NCBI GenBank assembly: GCA_963765675.1
Contig: CAVXXK010000005.1
Span: 1 to 64,000, forward strand
Direction of reading: 5' to 3'
DNA length: 64,000 nucleotides
Origin: an uncultured delta proteobacterium
GTDB taxonomy: Bacteria > Desulfobacterota > Binatia > Binatales > Binataceae
Both the position numbers and the translations under genes were made by a program. The notes under the pieces were generated by a model that saw only the letters and a program-made list of their open reading frames with translations, searched no databases and had not been told where the DNA came from. Shown piece by piece: positions 22,253-31,954 of this stretch. Positions within the stretch are counted from its first letter, which is position 1; each line of letters opens with the position of its first letter.

Positions 22253-23780
22253 GGAGCCGGTCTGATTCCACTATTGGATTGGAGAGATGGTCGTAGCGAA
22301 TACTGCTGACGAACTGGAGCCACGGCTCCTGGCCCATCGCATATACGTAGAGCTCCCGGCAATTGAATTGCTCAACCAGGCCAAGCGCGCTCGAGTAGTC
22401 TGACGCGTTGGCTCGCCGCGACTGATCCATCGCTCGTTCCAACCGGCGGGTCAGCAACGGACCATAGATCCAGCTTAGCGGTGCGCCGTCACATTCCATG
22501 CCGATGAACATCGTCTCGACATCGCCAATTTGATCGTGCACGTTCCGATACAGCGCGGGACTCAGGTTGCGCGAGTCCGCCAATAGCAGCATCGAATGGC
22601 AGCCACCCCGAACCAACCATGCGGTTTTGCTTCGGATAGCAAGGTCGCAGTGTTCACCAGTGAATGGGATTGACTGGATGGAGCCGGAACCTAAGTCGAT
22701 CGTTTCCATTTCGTCGATTTCGCGCACGTGTTTGAAGCCGCATGCCTCAAGGATCAGTTTCAGCGAAGGATCCTGAAGGGCACCGCCCGAGTTTTTAGGT
22801 ACCAGGATGGTCCCGATTCGGTCCCGCAACTGGAGCAAAGTTTCCAGCAGGACATGATCTTGATGCGCGTGCGTGAGCAGGACAAAGTCGATCGATTCAG
22901 GCAGGTCTGCGTAGGTGAATCGCTCGGACGCACCGTCGAAAGCGTAACCGATCGCCGGATCGGTGAGAATCGAGAAGTCACTGCTTTCAATAAGGACACA
23001 TGCATGGCCGAAATATTTCCAGCTAACACCGGGCCCTTTATAGCTTGTAGATTTGCGGGGCTTTTCGTCTGTCAGGAATGACCTCAGGATAGCGTTGTTA
23101 TGCTCTGATAGACCCAACACATCCCGAATTTCGCTGAAGGATGCCGGCTGGGACTTGAGGCGATATAAAGCGTCCACTGCGGCGCCGGCAAAGCGCACCC
23201 TCCAATTGATCGAATCCGGACTGGCGAGCCGCGGGGTGCTGAAAATGAACGGCCGACCGTCGTCCTTGATTGCCGAAAGCATCAAGCTCTGGCCGTTCGG
23301 ATCGTAGTATCGACTTGCATAAAGCAGCCGTTCGATAAACCTGTACGACGCCTGATTTTGAAGATCGTAGCCGAGCTCAACGTAGCCCTGGAGCGCGGCC
23401 GGGACTAAACGATACAAGGGCTCCAGCGAGTACCCTTTCGCGTGATCGGTCAGCAATGAATCGAGCTGGCCAATCGCGGCGGATAGCTCAATCAAATTAT
23501 GCCGCGCAGCAATCGTATGATCGCGCAAAGCGGAAATTTCGGCGATTCGGGCATGCTCGAAACTCATGAACGGGCCGCCCGCCAGGTTTGGATCGCGTGC
23601 CGCTGCCGCGTGGCCATCTGGGTTGCTTAAGTAAGACTCCATTATCCGCAGATGACGCTCAGTCAGATTGCGGGCGGAGGTTGCAGGCGCGACCAAATGC
23701 GGCCAAGCGTACCACTGATCGATCAGCGGTTCGACTGCGATATTTGGCCGCAGGTATAGCTTGTCGGTACTACGATGCAC
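22089..23780 (-). CDS. CmlA-like diiron metallo-beta-lactamase-fold beta-hydroxylase
   Basis: N-terminal LRPNIAVEPLIDQWYAWPHLVAPAT, YFGHAC, THAHQDH, GEHCDL, LADS, GMECDGAPLSW and YVYAMGQEPW. Confidence 0.85.
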   Translation of the reverse strand: MHRSTDKLYLRPNIAVEPLIDQWYAWPHLVAPATSARNLTERHLRIMESYLSNPDGHAAAARDPNLAGGPFMSFEHARIAEISALRDHTIAARHNLIELSAAIGQLDSLLTDHAKGYSLEPLYRLVPAALQGYVELGYDLQNQASYRFIERLLYASRYYDPNGQSLMLSAIKDDGRPFIFSTPRLASPDSINWRVRFAGAAVDALYRLKSQPASFSEIRDVLGLSEHNNAILRSFLTDEKPRKSTSYKGPGVSWKYFGHACVLIESSDFSILTDPAIGYAFDGASERFTYADLPESIDFVLLTHAHQDHVLLETLLQLRDRIGTILVPKNSGGALQDPSLKLILEACGFKHVREIDEMETIDLGSGSIQSIPFTGEHCDLAIRSKTAWLVRGGCHSMLLLADSRNLSPALYRNVHDQIGDVETMFIGMECDGAPLSWIYGPLLTRRLERAMDQSRRANASDYSSALGLVEQFNCRELYVYAMGQEPWLQFVSSIRYDHLSNPIVESDRLLATACQRGIVAERLFGCKERVLPSRADRTRVARAGNVRSDFGIEREQTAGKLGP

Positions 23781-23900
23781 CGTGGTTTACGCCTTACTTC
23801 GTCATTAGAAACCTGATCTCATAAGCCATCCTCTGTCGCAGTTCCGCACCACGTGCCGCCCGTCCTCAGCGGATTGCAGACAAAGCTCCTCGAGCGGTGC

Positions 23901-24758
23901 CTAACGCGCCGCCGATGCACCAACGGCTCGGGAGGGTCGTACAAGTCGTGAAGGATCAAGCTGCGTGAGCGGTTGCCGCCTCTCGGGCTTTGAATAGGCG
24001 GGCACGGCCTGAACCTGGCTTCCGACCTGTGTTTGGTTCCCGTTTGTGCCGAAGTTCCACTTGTTCAGCAAAAGGTATTGCTTCCCGCTGCGGCTCAGCA
24101 GTCCTGCTTCGGCCATTTCTGCGACCAGGCGGCTGACCATTGGTCTCGAGCACCCCATCATCTCAGCCAAATCCTCATGTGCGAGGTCAGGAATCAGGAT
24201 GGTTCCGCGGGCATCCTTTACCCCGAACCGCAGCGCCAGATCGCTCAGCACCACCTCAAGGCGCTGCCAGAAAGGCAGGTTGAGCAGTGTCGCGAACCAA
24301 CGAAGATTCTGTGACCAGAAGGTATTTAGCGCCTGCAGAATTTCCACCAGCACCTCAGGTTCCAAGCCGCGTAGCAGGCGCGCCACTTGGTCACGGTTGA
24401 TCAGCGCCACCGTGCATTTGCTCGCGCTTTGCACCTCGAAGAGCTGCGCACGTCGCGCCTTGGTATCGATATAATCGGCGTAGCCGATCAGTTCACCAGG
24501 TCCAGCCAAGCGCACCAATGTGCGGTTGCCGTCAGCGACCGAGCAATAGACCTTGACGAAGCCGCTGAGAACGCAACCGAACAGATCATTGGTCGAGCCC
24601 TCGCTCAGGACCAAGACGCCTTTCTCGAAATTGACCGCTAAGTTGCGCTCGACGATTTCGTCCGTGAATTCGGCGGAGATACCCCACGTAGCAAGATTGT
24701 TCCGAAGATGGGAAAACGCGTCGGCATGCATGCGGTTTGGGTTTGAGTTCAACTTCAT
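23901..24758 (-). CDS. Crp/Fnr family transcriptional regulator
   Basis: cNMP barrel (VLSGFVKVY..LAGPGELIG) and HTH LAHEDLAEMMGCSRPMVSRLV. RBS GGAGGAG precedes the ATG at 24758. Confidence 0.85.
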   Translation of the reverse strand: MKLNSNPNRMHADAFSHLRNNLATWGISAEFTDEIVERNLAVNFEKGVLVLSEGSTNDLFGCVLSGFVKVYCSVADGNRTLVRLAGPGELIGYADYIDTKARRAQLFEVQSASKCTVALINRDQVARLLRGLEPEVLVEILQALNTFWSQNLRWFATLLNLPFWQRLEVVLSDLALRFGVKDARGTILIPDLAHEDLAEMMGCSRPMVSRLVAEMAEAGLLSRSGKQYLLLNKWNFGTNGNQTQVGSQVQAVPAYSKPERRQPLTQLDPSRLVRPSRAVGASAAR

Positions 24759-25365
24759 TTTCGCCTCTCCTCCAAGCGCGATTATTTCAATTTTGGCATT
24801 TCCACCTCCACCTCCACCTCGTTGGCTTAGAGCGCCTATAAATACCTTTGAATGCCTATCACTTCTATTAGCGGCCTTACGGCTGCACACTCTACCTCCG
24901 AACTGCTTTGTATGTCCACGGTTAACAGTGGCTCTTCGATACCGCAGCATTAAATAGATAGATTTAGCTCCCCGTGTGACTAAAGGTGACGATAATGAGT
25001 AAAGTAAATCCAGCCTAACGGATCGAGCCGGATAGTCAATGAAAAATTTACGTACATCGTGACCATCAGACCTCAGAATTTAGTGAAATATGACAGAGGA
25101 ATTAGCGTCATGTTTCGAAAAGAGCTCCTGTCGGCTCGAGCCTGTCATCGTCTTGGTCTCCTCTGCTTGAAGCGATTCTCCTCAGCTATCCGCTCGCGTC
25201 GCCTACGCCGCGCAGCGTAGCCCTCAAGCTCCATAAAGCCCGCAGCTTCATGGCGGACTGCCAGACATTGGATCTCAACGGCGGGTATTGTTAAGGCAGA
25301 GGAGCAACGGCGATTTTTGCTCAAAGTAGCAACGCCGAACCCGTCCGGATTTGAAGGAGCCAACG

Positions 25366-25755
25366 ATGACGCCAGTTCCGAGCGGAACAGAACTCGCCCG
25401 CCCATTTATGCCGGCGAAAGACTTTGATCTCTCGAAGAACTTCTATGAGACGCTAGGCTTCGAAAAACTTCTCGACGGAGACGTGGCGATCTTCAGGGCC
25501 GGATCCAGTAGTTTCATCCTTCAGCGCTATTATCAGAAGGACTGGGCTGAAAACTTTATGATGCAGCTCATGGTTGACGATCTTGATGCCTGGTGGACGC
25601 ACATTGAGCGGCTTGATCTGCCGGGAAAATTCAAGGTTAAGCCTCCGCGCGCCCCGGCTATGCAGCCATGGGGCCTTCGGGTCGCTTATGTTTTCGATCC
25701 GTCCGGAGTGCTCTGGCACATCAGCGAACGGCGCGATGGCGCAATACAGGACTGA
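25366..25755 (+). CDS. VOC/glyoxalase family protein
   Basis: RPFMPAKDFDLSKNFYETLGF and QPWGLRVAYVFDPSGVLWH. Confidence 0.85.
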   Translation: MTPVPSGTELARPFMPAKDFDLSKNFYETLGFEKLLDGDVAIFRAGSSSFILQRYYQKDWAENFMMQLMVDDLDAWWTHIERLDLPGKFKVKPPRAPAMQPWGLRVAYVFDPSGVLWHISERRDGAIQD

Positions 25756-25785
25756 CGACCTGGCGCTCGCGAGAGTCCTGCTGAT

Positions 25786-26055
25786 TCAGGTTCCGAATCT
25801 TTCTGCGGCGCGAGCCTTCGCTTTTGCGGCCTCTTCTTCGCGATTTCTCAAGGGTGCAGCGGTTTCGAGCGAGCGAAGGAGACGCGCCGATATCCCCGCG
25901 ATTTCATCAACCGCAGTCAGGAAGGTGGCTTCGTTCGCCTTCGACGGTTTATTGAAGCCGCTGATTTTTCTCACGAACTGAAGCGACGCAGCACGAATCT
26001 CTTCAGACGTGACCGGCGGATCGAAATTGAAGAGGATTTTGATATTTCTGCACAT
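25786..26055 (-). CDS. DUF2277 family protein
   Basis: MCRNIKILFNFDPPVT.EEIRAASLQFVRKISGF signature. Confidence 0.85.
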   Translation of the reverse strand: MCRNIKILFNFDPPVTSEEIRAASLQFVRKISGFNKPSKANEATFLTAVDEIAGISARLLRSLETAAPLRNREEEAAKAKARAAERFGT

Positions 26056-26145
26056 TTCCTTCCCGCTCTCCGATGTCGCCTGCTATATCACCGATAGTGA
26101 ATTAACGTCGATAGTGGAGCGCTGTGACGCCGGAGACGATACGCG

Positions 26146-27154
26146 ATGCGCAAGATAAAGGTTGGTTACCAGCTCGATTTCCGCAATCCCCCCGGCTCGT
26201 CGATTCCATCCCCGGAGCTATACCGCGAGATGCTTGGACAAGTGGAAGCCGCCGAGGCGTTTGGGTTCGATTCGATTTGGCTGACCGAGCATCATTTCAC
26301 CGACGACGGCTATCTGCCTGCGATGATGCCGGCGGCGGCAGCGATCGCCGCGCGCACGCAGCGGATCACTATCGGCACGTTCGTGCTGCTCGCGCCGATG
26401 CAGCATCCGCTCAGGCTGGCGGAGGACGCGGCGGTGGTCGACGTGATCTCCAACGGACGGCTGCGCCTGGGGATCGGGCTCGGCTACCGCGCGGAGGAGT
26501 TCGCGGGTTTCGGCGTACCGCGCGCCGAGCGTCTTGGCCGCACGCTGGAGACGCTCGAAATATTGCGCCGCGCATGGACCGGCGAGCGCTTCAGCTTTGA
26601 GGGCAAATATTTCAAGTTCGCTGATGTCCGGATACTGCCGCGCCCCGCAAGCCGGCCCTATCCCGAGTTGCTCTGGGGCGCGGGCACGGCGAAAGCGATT
26701 CGGCGCGCCGCGAAACTCGATTTGGGATTCGCGTGCGTAGGCGGCCGCCGCGAGATCGGCATCTACCTCGACGCGTTAAAGGCCGAAGAACGCGATCCCT
26801 CGCGCTACAGCATCATCAACAGCAGAGTCGTCTATGTTGCCGACAGCGAGGCCGAGGCGTGGAACGATACGCGCGACGCGCTGATGTACCAGGCGGAGCT
26901 CTACGCCAAATGGCTCAGCGCCTCATCGGGTGCCGACCCGTCGCAGCGTGCTGATTCGCCCCGATCCGGAGCGACTCAAACGCACCAGTATTCTGGGGCC
27001 GCCAGATTTTGTGCTCCACCGTCTGGCCGAGATTGTCGATTCCGTTCCGATGACCGAGCTGAACGTTGCGATGCAGCTTCCGGGCCTCGATCCGGCGCGC
27101 GCGCGGCGCTCGCTCGAACGCTTCGGCCGCGAAATTCTCCCGGCGATGAAGTGA
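26146..27154 (+). CDS. LLM-class flavin-dependent oxidoreductase (frameshift ~26940)
   Basis: GFDSIWLTEHHF and HPLRLAEDAAVVDVISNGRLRLGIGLGY. The C-terminal SLERFGREILPAMK* is in ORF 26930-27154. Confidence 0.88.
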
Positions 27155-27177
27155 CCTGTCGCAACCGGGGAGGTCGC

Positions 27178-27346
27178 TCAGGCGCGAATCTTCTCGATCC
27201 AGGCGGCGAACCGTCGATCCGATCTCGACGATTTCGAGCCCGAGCTCCGCGGGCGCAAGCGCCGCGAGAGTCTTCGCAACCAGACGATTATACGAACCCT
27301 TGCGAAGACTCCCGACCAGCACTGCTACTTCCCGTCTGGCGCTCAT
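27178..27346 (-). pseudogene. Internally deleted NADPH-dependent FMN reductase (ChrR-like) remnant
   Basis: N-terminal VAVLVGSLRKGSYNRLVA..EIVEIG is joined directly to the typical C-terminal FAAWIEKIRA*. The central part is absent. Confidence 0.7.
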
Positions 27347-27358
27347 CGATCTCACCAG

Positions 27359-28324
27359 CTAGAACGAAAAGCGTTCGCCGACCATTTCTTCGCTCTTGCG
27401 CCATAGATCGTTCGCATGCGCGAGGTTGAGCGCATACGAGCGCACCCCGACGCGCGAGGTCGCGTCGTCATTCACCTCGCACACGTGGCAATCTTCGGCG
27501 TAGCGCCCGCCGACCGCGTCGGCAGGCGCGACGAAGCCGCTCCATACGGACGTAGCCGAGCCCTGAGGCACCGTCTTGAAACGAAATGTTGGCGTTCCGC
27601 CACTCGCACCCTGGTTTATTCTGGCCGTCAGTTGCTGGATAAGCTCCGGCGTGAGATGCCGCCCGAGCTCGGTCTGGATTCCGCCCGGATGCAATGCGGT
27701 CGCGCGCACGCCGCGTCCTTTGAGCCTGCTGTCGAGAGCCACTGCGTACAGGATATTGGCGGTCTTCGAGCGGCCGTACGCGGTAAACGGCTGATACTCA
27801 GTCCGCTCAAAATTTGGATCGTCGATATTGACGTCGCTCTGTTGATGACCCGCCGAGGAGAGCAGCACGATTCGCGCGCCCGGTTTCAGCAACGGCACCA
27901 GCCGGTTGACGAATACGAAATGCCCCAGATGATTGGTTCCGAATTGCGTTTCGAAACCGTCGTGAGTCTTGCCCTTGGGGCACGCCATCACGCCGGCGTT
28001 TGCGATGATCACGTCGAAGGGTTTGTTGCGCGCCAACAATTCGCTCGCCGCCTTGCGCACGCTCGGGAGTGACGCGAGATCCATTTCGACCAGCTCGATC
28101 GGTTGATTCTCCGGCTTTTGCTTGAATGCTTCCGCGAGCGCGCGGCGCGCCTTGTTCAGATCGCGCGCCGTGCCCACCACCGTCGCGCCGTGCGCGACCA
28201 GCGAGCGCGCGGTTTCCACGCCCAAGCCAGCCGACACGCCGGTCACGAGCACGCGCTTGCCAGAAAGATTGACGCCCTCGAGGACTTCATCCGCAGTTGA
28301 TTCCGCTCCAAAGGTTTTTGCCAT
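27359..28324 (-). CDS. SDR oxidoreductase (retinol dehydrogenase-like)
   Basis: TGVSAGLG, NAG, FGTNHLGHF and YGRSK. Confidence 0.9.
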   Translation of the reverse strand: MAKTFGAESTADEVLEGVNLSGKRVLVTGVSAGLGVETARSLVAHGATVVGTARDLNKARRALAEAFKQKPENQPIELVEMDLASLPSVRKAASELLARNKPFDVIIANAGVMACPKGKTHDGFETQFGTNHLGHFVFVNRLVPLLKPGARIVLLSSAGHQQSDVNIDDPNFERTEYQPFTAYGRSKTANILYAVALDSRLKGRGVRATALHPGGIQTELGRHLTPELIQQLTARINQGASGGTPTFRFKTVPQGSATSVWSGFVAPADAVGGRYAEDCHVCEVNDDATSRVGVRSYALNLAHANDLWRKSEEMVGERFSF

Positions 28325-28549
28325 TCTGATTCTCCCAATTTCGAAATTCGTTGGATGAAAGTGAACGCCGCCTCGTGACGCTCAAGCGATTCGCAGCAAG
28401 CCGCGAGGGGTTTCAATTCGCGGTTCCGTTTCGTGCGCCCAAGTTACAATACATGGCGCGATGCCTTAAGGGAGACAAGCCTGCGCGGCGCCCCCACCGC
28501 TGCGTCCGCGGTTTCTGATTATGCCGACATAAGTGGTAAGAAAACATTT

Positions 28550-29527
28550 ATGGAAAAGCGCAAACTTGGAACGCAGGGATTGGTCGTGTCGGCGATCGGG
28601 CTGGGATGCATGGGGATGTCACAGAGCTATGGAACGCCTGACGAGAATGAATCGATCGCGACGCTGAATCGCGCAATCGAGCTCGGGATCGATTTCTTCG
28701 ACACCGCCGACGTGTACGGGAACCATCACAACGAAGAACTGGTCGGCAAAACGCTCAAGCCCTTTCGCAGCAAGATCCAGATCGCGACCAAGTTCGGCAA
28801 CGTCTTCGCCGACGGTAAGCGCAGTGTCAACGGACGCCCGGAATACGTGCGCTCAGCTTGCGACGGATCGCTTTCGCGCCTCGGCGTGGACCATATCGAT
28901 CTTTATTATCAGCATCGCGTGGACCGCAACGTACCGATCGAAGAGACCGTAGGTGCGATGGCGGAGCTCGTGCGCGCGGGCAAGGTGCGGTACCTGGGAC
29001 TCTCGGAGGCGTCGGCCGCAACTATCCGCCGCGCGCAGAAGGTCCATCCGATCACCGCGGTGCAATCGGAATATTCGCTATGGACGCGCGACTACGAGGA
29101 CGACGTGATCCCCACCCTGCGCGAGCTCGGAATTGGGTTCGTTCCGTTCAGTCCGCTGGGGCGCGGGATGCTGAGCGCCACGATCCGCTCGATTGACGAG
29201 TTCGGCACCGGCGACATGCGCGCGCGGATCTCGCCGCGGTTCGAGCGCGAGAATTTCGAGCGCAATCTCGGTGTCGTAGATCGGCTGAAACAGATCGCTG
29301 ACGAAAAAAGAATCACGCCGAGCCAGCTCGCGCTCGCATGGGTGCTCGCGCAGGGCGACGACATGGTGCCGATTCCGGGGACCAAGCGCCGCAAGTATCT
29401 GGAGGAAAATGCCGCGGCGGCGAGCGTGAAACTCTCGAAGAGCGATCTGGCGCGAATCCAGGAAGTCGCGCCCAAAGGATTCGCCGCCGGCGACCGCTAC
29501 TACGACATGCGCCCGGTTAATGTTTAG
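28550..29527 (+). CDS. Aldo/keto reductase
   Basis: [31 protein letters not shown] and PIPGTKR. Confidence 0.92.
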   Translation: MEKRKLGTQGLVVSAIGLGCMGMSQSYGTPDENESIATLNRAIELGIDFFDTADVYGNHHNEELVGKTLKPFRSKIQIATKFGNVFADGKRSVNGRPEYVRSACDGSLSRLGVDHIDLYYQHRVDRNVPIEETVGAMAELVRAGKVRYLGLSEASAATIRRAQKVHPITAVQSEYSLWTRDYEDDVIPTLRELGIGFVPFSPLGRGMLSATIRSIDEFGTGDMRARISPRFERENFERNLGVVDRLKQIADEKRITPSQLALAWVLAQGDDMVPIPGTKRRKYLEENAAAASVKLSKSDLARIQEVAPKGFAAGDRYYDMRPVNV

Positions 29528-29546
29528 TGGTTGAGGAGGTCTGTTT

Positions 29547-29928
29547 TCTGATCCCTCGCCCTGAAGAAACTGTCGATAAATGCCGAATTCTTGTCCGTCA
29601 TCCTGAACGAAGGCTGCCCCTTTCGGCGTTGCTCAGGGCAGGCTCTGTGAAGGATCTCCGCGAAGCGATTAGTGCGAAGCCGTCGCGTTGGTTGCACTAA
29701 TCGCTTCGCGGAGATCGTTCGCCTACGGCTCAGGATCACAACGGCGGCGGGTTTGCGAGAAAATCGACATCCTCCTGAAAGGGAGAGGTAAGGTGAGGGA
29801 CCTTTTCCAGCGCGGCGCGAGCGCCGCGCGATCAAAAGATCAGAGCAGCACCCTCACCCACGCGTCACGATGCTTGCGAAGAAAGCGCAAGCATCGCGCC
29901 GCGTCGCCCTCTCCCGGAGGGGAGAGGG
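29547..29928 (+). repeat. Palindromic intergenic repeat, copy A (interrupted by a MITE)
   Basis: Shares TCCCTCGCCC..GGGAGAGGTAAGGTGAGGGACCTT..CAGCGCGGCGC..GCGCCGCGCGAT and CCCTCACCC..CCCTCTCCCGG..GGGAGAGG with the copies at 44604-45026. Confidence 0.85.
29566..29774. mobile_element. MITE-like insertion with 5-bp target-site duplication CTGAA
   Basis: CTGAA at 29561-29565 and 29775-29779. Imperfect TIRs GAAACTGTCGAT / ATCGACATCCTC. Internal REP-like palindrome GTCATCCTGA..GAAGGATCT..AGATCGTTC..CTCAGGATCAC. Confidence 0.7.
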
Positions 29929-30092
29929 TATCGAGCGAAACGGGTGCGATTTATTTTTCCGCGGATGCGAATGACGCTTCGCGTCGCCGACGGGCCGTCG
30001 GCATCCACTGGCAGACATAAGATGAGAGAGCCATCAGGACCGGCGTCGCGCCGGTCTCTCCTGAGCGTCGAGCGACATAGAATCCGCAATAG

Positions 30093-31839
30093 CTACTTCT
30101 TCGTGAAGGCGAAGTGTTCGTCCATCCGGACCTGCACCTCGGTCAGATGGTTGCAATACTGGAAGAAGCCGCCGTTGTAGTTGCCATCCTGACGGCGCTG
30201 GAACTCGCCCTCGAAGTTGTAGTAGCCGGGAGTGCATTCCTGGTTGCGATTGGTCTTGCCGCGATGCTCGATCACTTCGCCGACCCACCATTCCTCGGCC
30301 TGCGGAGTCGCATCGAGCGACTGGTAGCCGTGGCGGCGCGCGTAGTCGATGCACGCGGCGATATGATCGCCCTGCGCCTGCAGCATGTCGGTCAGGTTGA
30401 ATTGGAATGAAGCCTGGTAGCCGCCCATGATGAAAAGATTCGGATAGCCCTGCGAATGAATTCCCAAGAGCGTGCGGATACCCTCGCGATACTTGTCGTT
30501 CAGCTCGAGGCCGTTCTCGCCCCTGATCTGATTGTAGATGCCGGTCTTCTGCACCTCGAAGCCGGTCGCGTAGATCAGGACGTCGAGCTCGTACTGCTTG
30601 CCCTCGAACACCGGACCCTTTTCGGTGATCTCGGTGATCCCCTTGCCGTTCGTGTCCACCAGATGAACGTTGGGCCGGTTGAAGGTCGGCAGGTAGTCGT
30701 TATGAAAGCACGGCCGCTTGCACATCAGCATGTACCACGGCTTGAGCGCCTCGGCGGTGGCTTTGTTTTTCACAATCGAATCGATGCGCTGATGGATTTT
30801 CATCATCGCTTCGATATTCGCGTTCTCCTGGCGGCGAATCTTTTCCTCGGGCGACATCGCGGCCTGCTTGGCGCGCTGCTCTTCGCTTAGCTGCGGCGCC
30901 ATCCGGGCGCGTTCGCGCCGTCTCGTCTGCCATCCGGGAGGAAGCCTCCGCGCCCAGTTGGGATCGGTCGGCCAATCGTCGCGAACGTCGATCGATGACG
31001 GCGTCCGCTGGAACACGTACAGCTCCTTGGCCGCCGCGCCGAGGCCGGGAATCGCCTGGACCGCCGTCGCTCCGGTGCCGATGATGCCGACGACTTTGTC
31101 TTCCAGTCCCGAGAGATCAGGCTTGGTGTAGGCGTAGTCCCATCGCGAAGTGTGAAAGGAATGGCCCTTGAACGTTTCCAGGCCTTTGATCTTCGCGAGC
31201 TTCGGCTTCGAGAGAGTGCCGTTGGCGCAGATGACGAACCGCGCTTTCATCCGATCGCCACGGTCGGTCGTGAGGTTCCACATCTGCTCGGTGGGATCCC
31301 ACACGGTCGAGGTCACGGTAGTCTGAAAAGTCGCCAACTCGTAGAGATTGTATTTTCGGGCGATCGCCTGGCAGTGCGCGAAGATCTCCGGGACCCTTGG
31401 CGTAGTGGTCCTTCGGCACGTAGTCGAGCTCGTCGAGCAGCGGCAGGTAGTCATACGCGACCACGTCGCACGCCACGCCGGGGTAGCGATTCCAATACCA
31501 GGTGCCGCCGACGTCAGCGCCGCGCTCGACAATCCTGATGCTCTCGACGCCACGCTCACGCAGCCGCGCGGAGGTCAGCAGCGCCGAGAATCCGCCGCCG
31601 ATAAACAGGACCTCGACGGTATCGTTGATCGGCTCACGCGGCTTGATCTCGCCTGCGTATGGATCGACTTCGTACTTGGACAACGCACCGCTGAAGTCCG
31701 ACGTGTACTGCGCGGTGCCGTCGGGACGATAGTTCAACCTGAGGTCGCGTTCCTCGGCGAACTTCCGCTTGATCTCGTCGTAGAATTCCTGCGGCCGCGT
31801 GGGTCTGGCCGCGAGCCCGATAGGCTTTTCCTGCGCCAT
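30093..31839 (-). CDS. Baeyer-Villiger (flavin-containing) monooxygenase (frameshift ~31391)
   Basis: [17 protein letters not shown], fingerprint [18 protein letters not shown] and YATGF. Confidence 0.9.
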
Positions 31840-31954
31840 GTATCTACTCTCCGTGCGTGGTGGTCATTGCGATGCTTTCAGCAGTGGTCAATGCCAACGA
31901 ACCCCTTCCGATCGCAGCTTGCCACGAGATCGGGGCGATTTTCCAGCGCGCCCT

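Noticed and set aside
22089-23780. Beta-lactamase resistance gene
   Set aside because: It has an MBL fold, but the long N-terminal domain and THxHQDH/GEHxDL motifs match CmlA-type hydroxylases, and there is no signal peptide.
24950-25120. CRP/FNR box upstream of the Crp regulator
   Set aside because: TGTGA and GTGA half-sites are present, but no correctly spaced TGTGA-N6-TCACA or TTGAT-N4-ATCAA palindrome could be read.
25145-25234. Small Arg-rich ORF (MELEGYAARRRRRERI..) as a gene or precursor peptide
   Set aside because: There is no clear RBS or recognisable family, so the evidence is insufficient.
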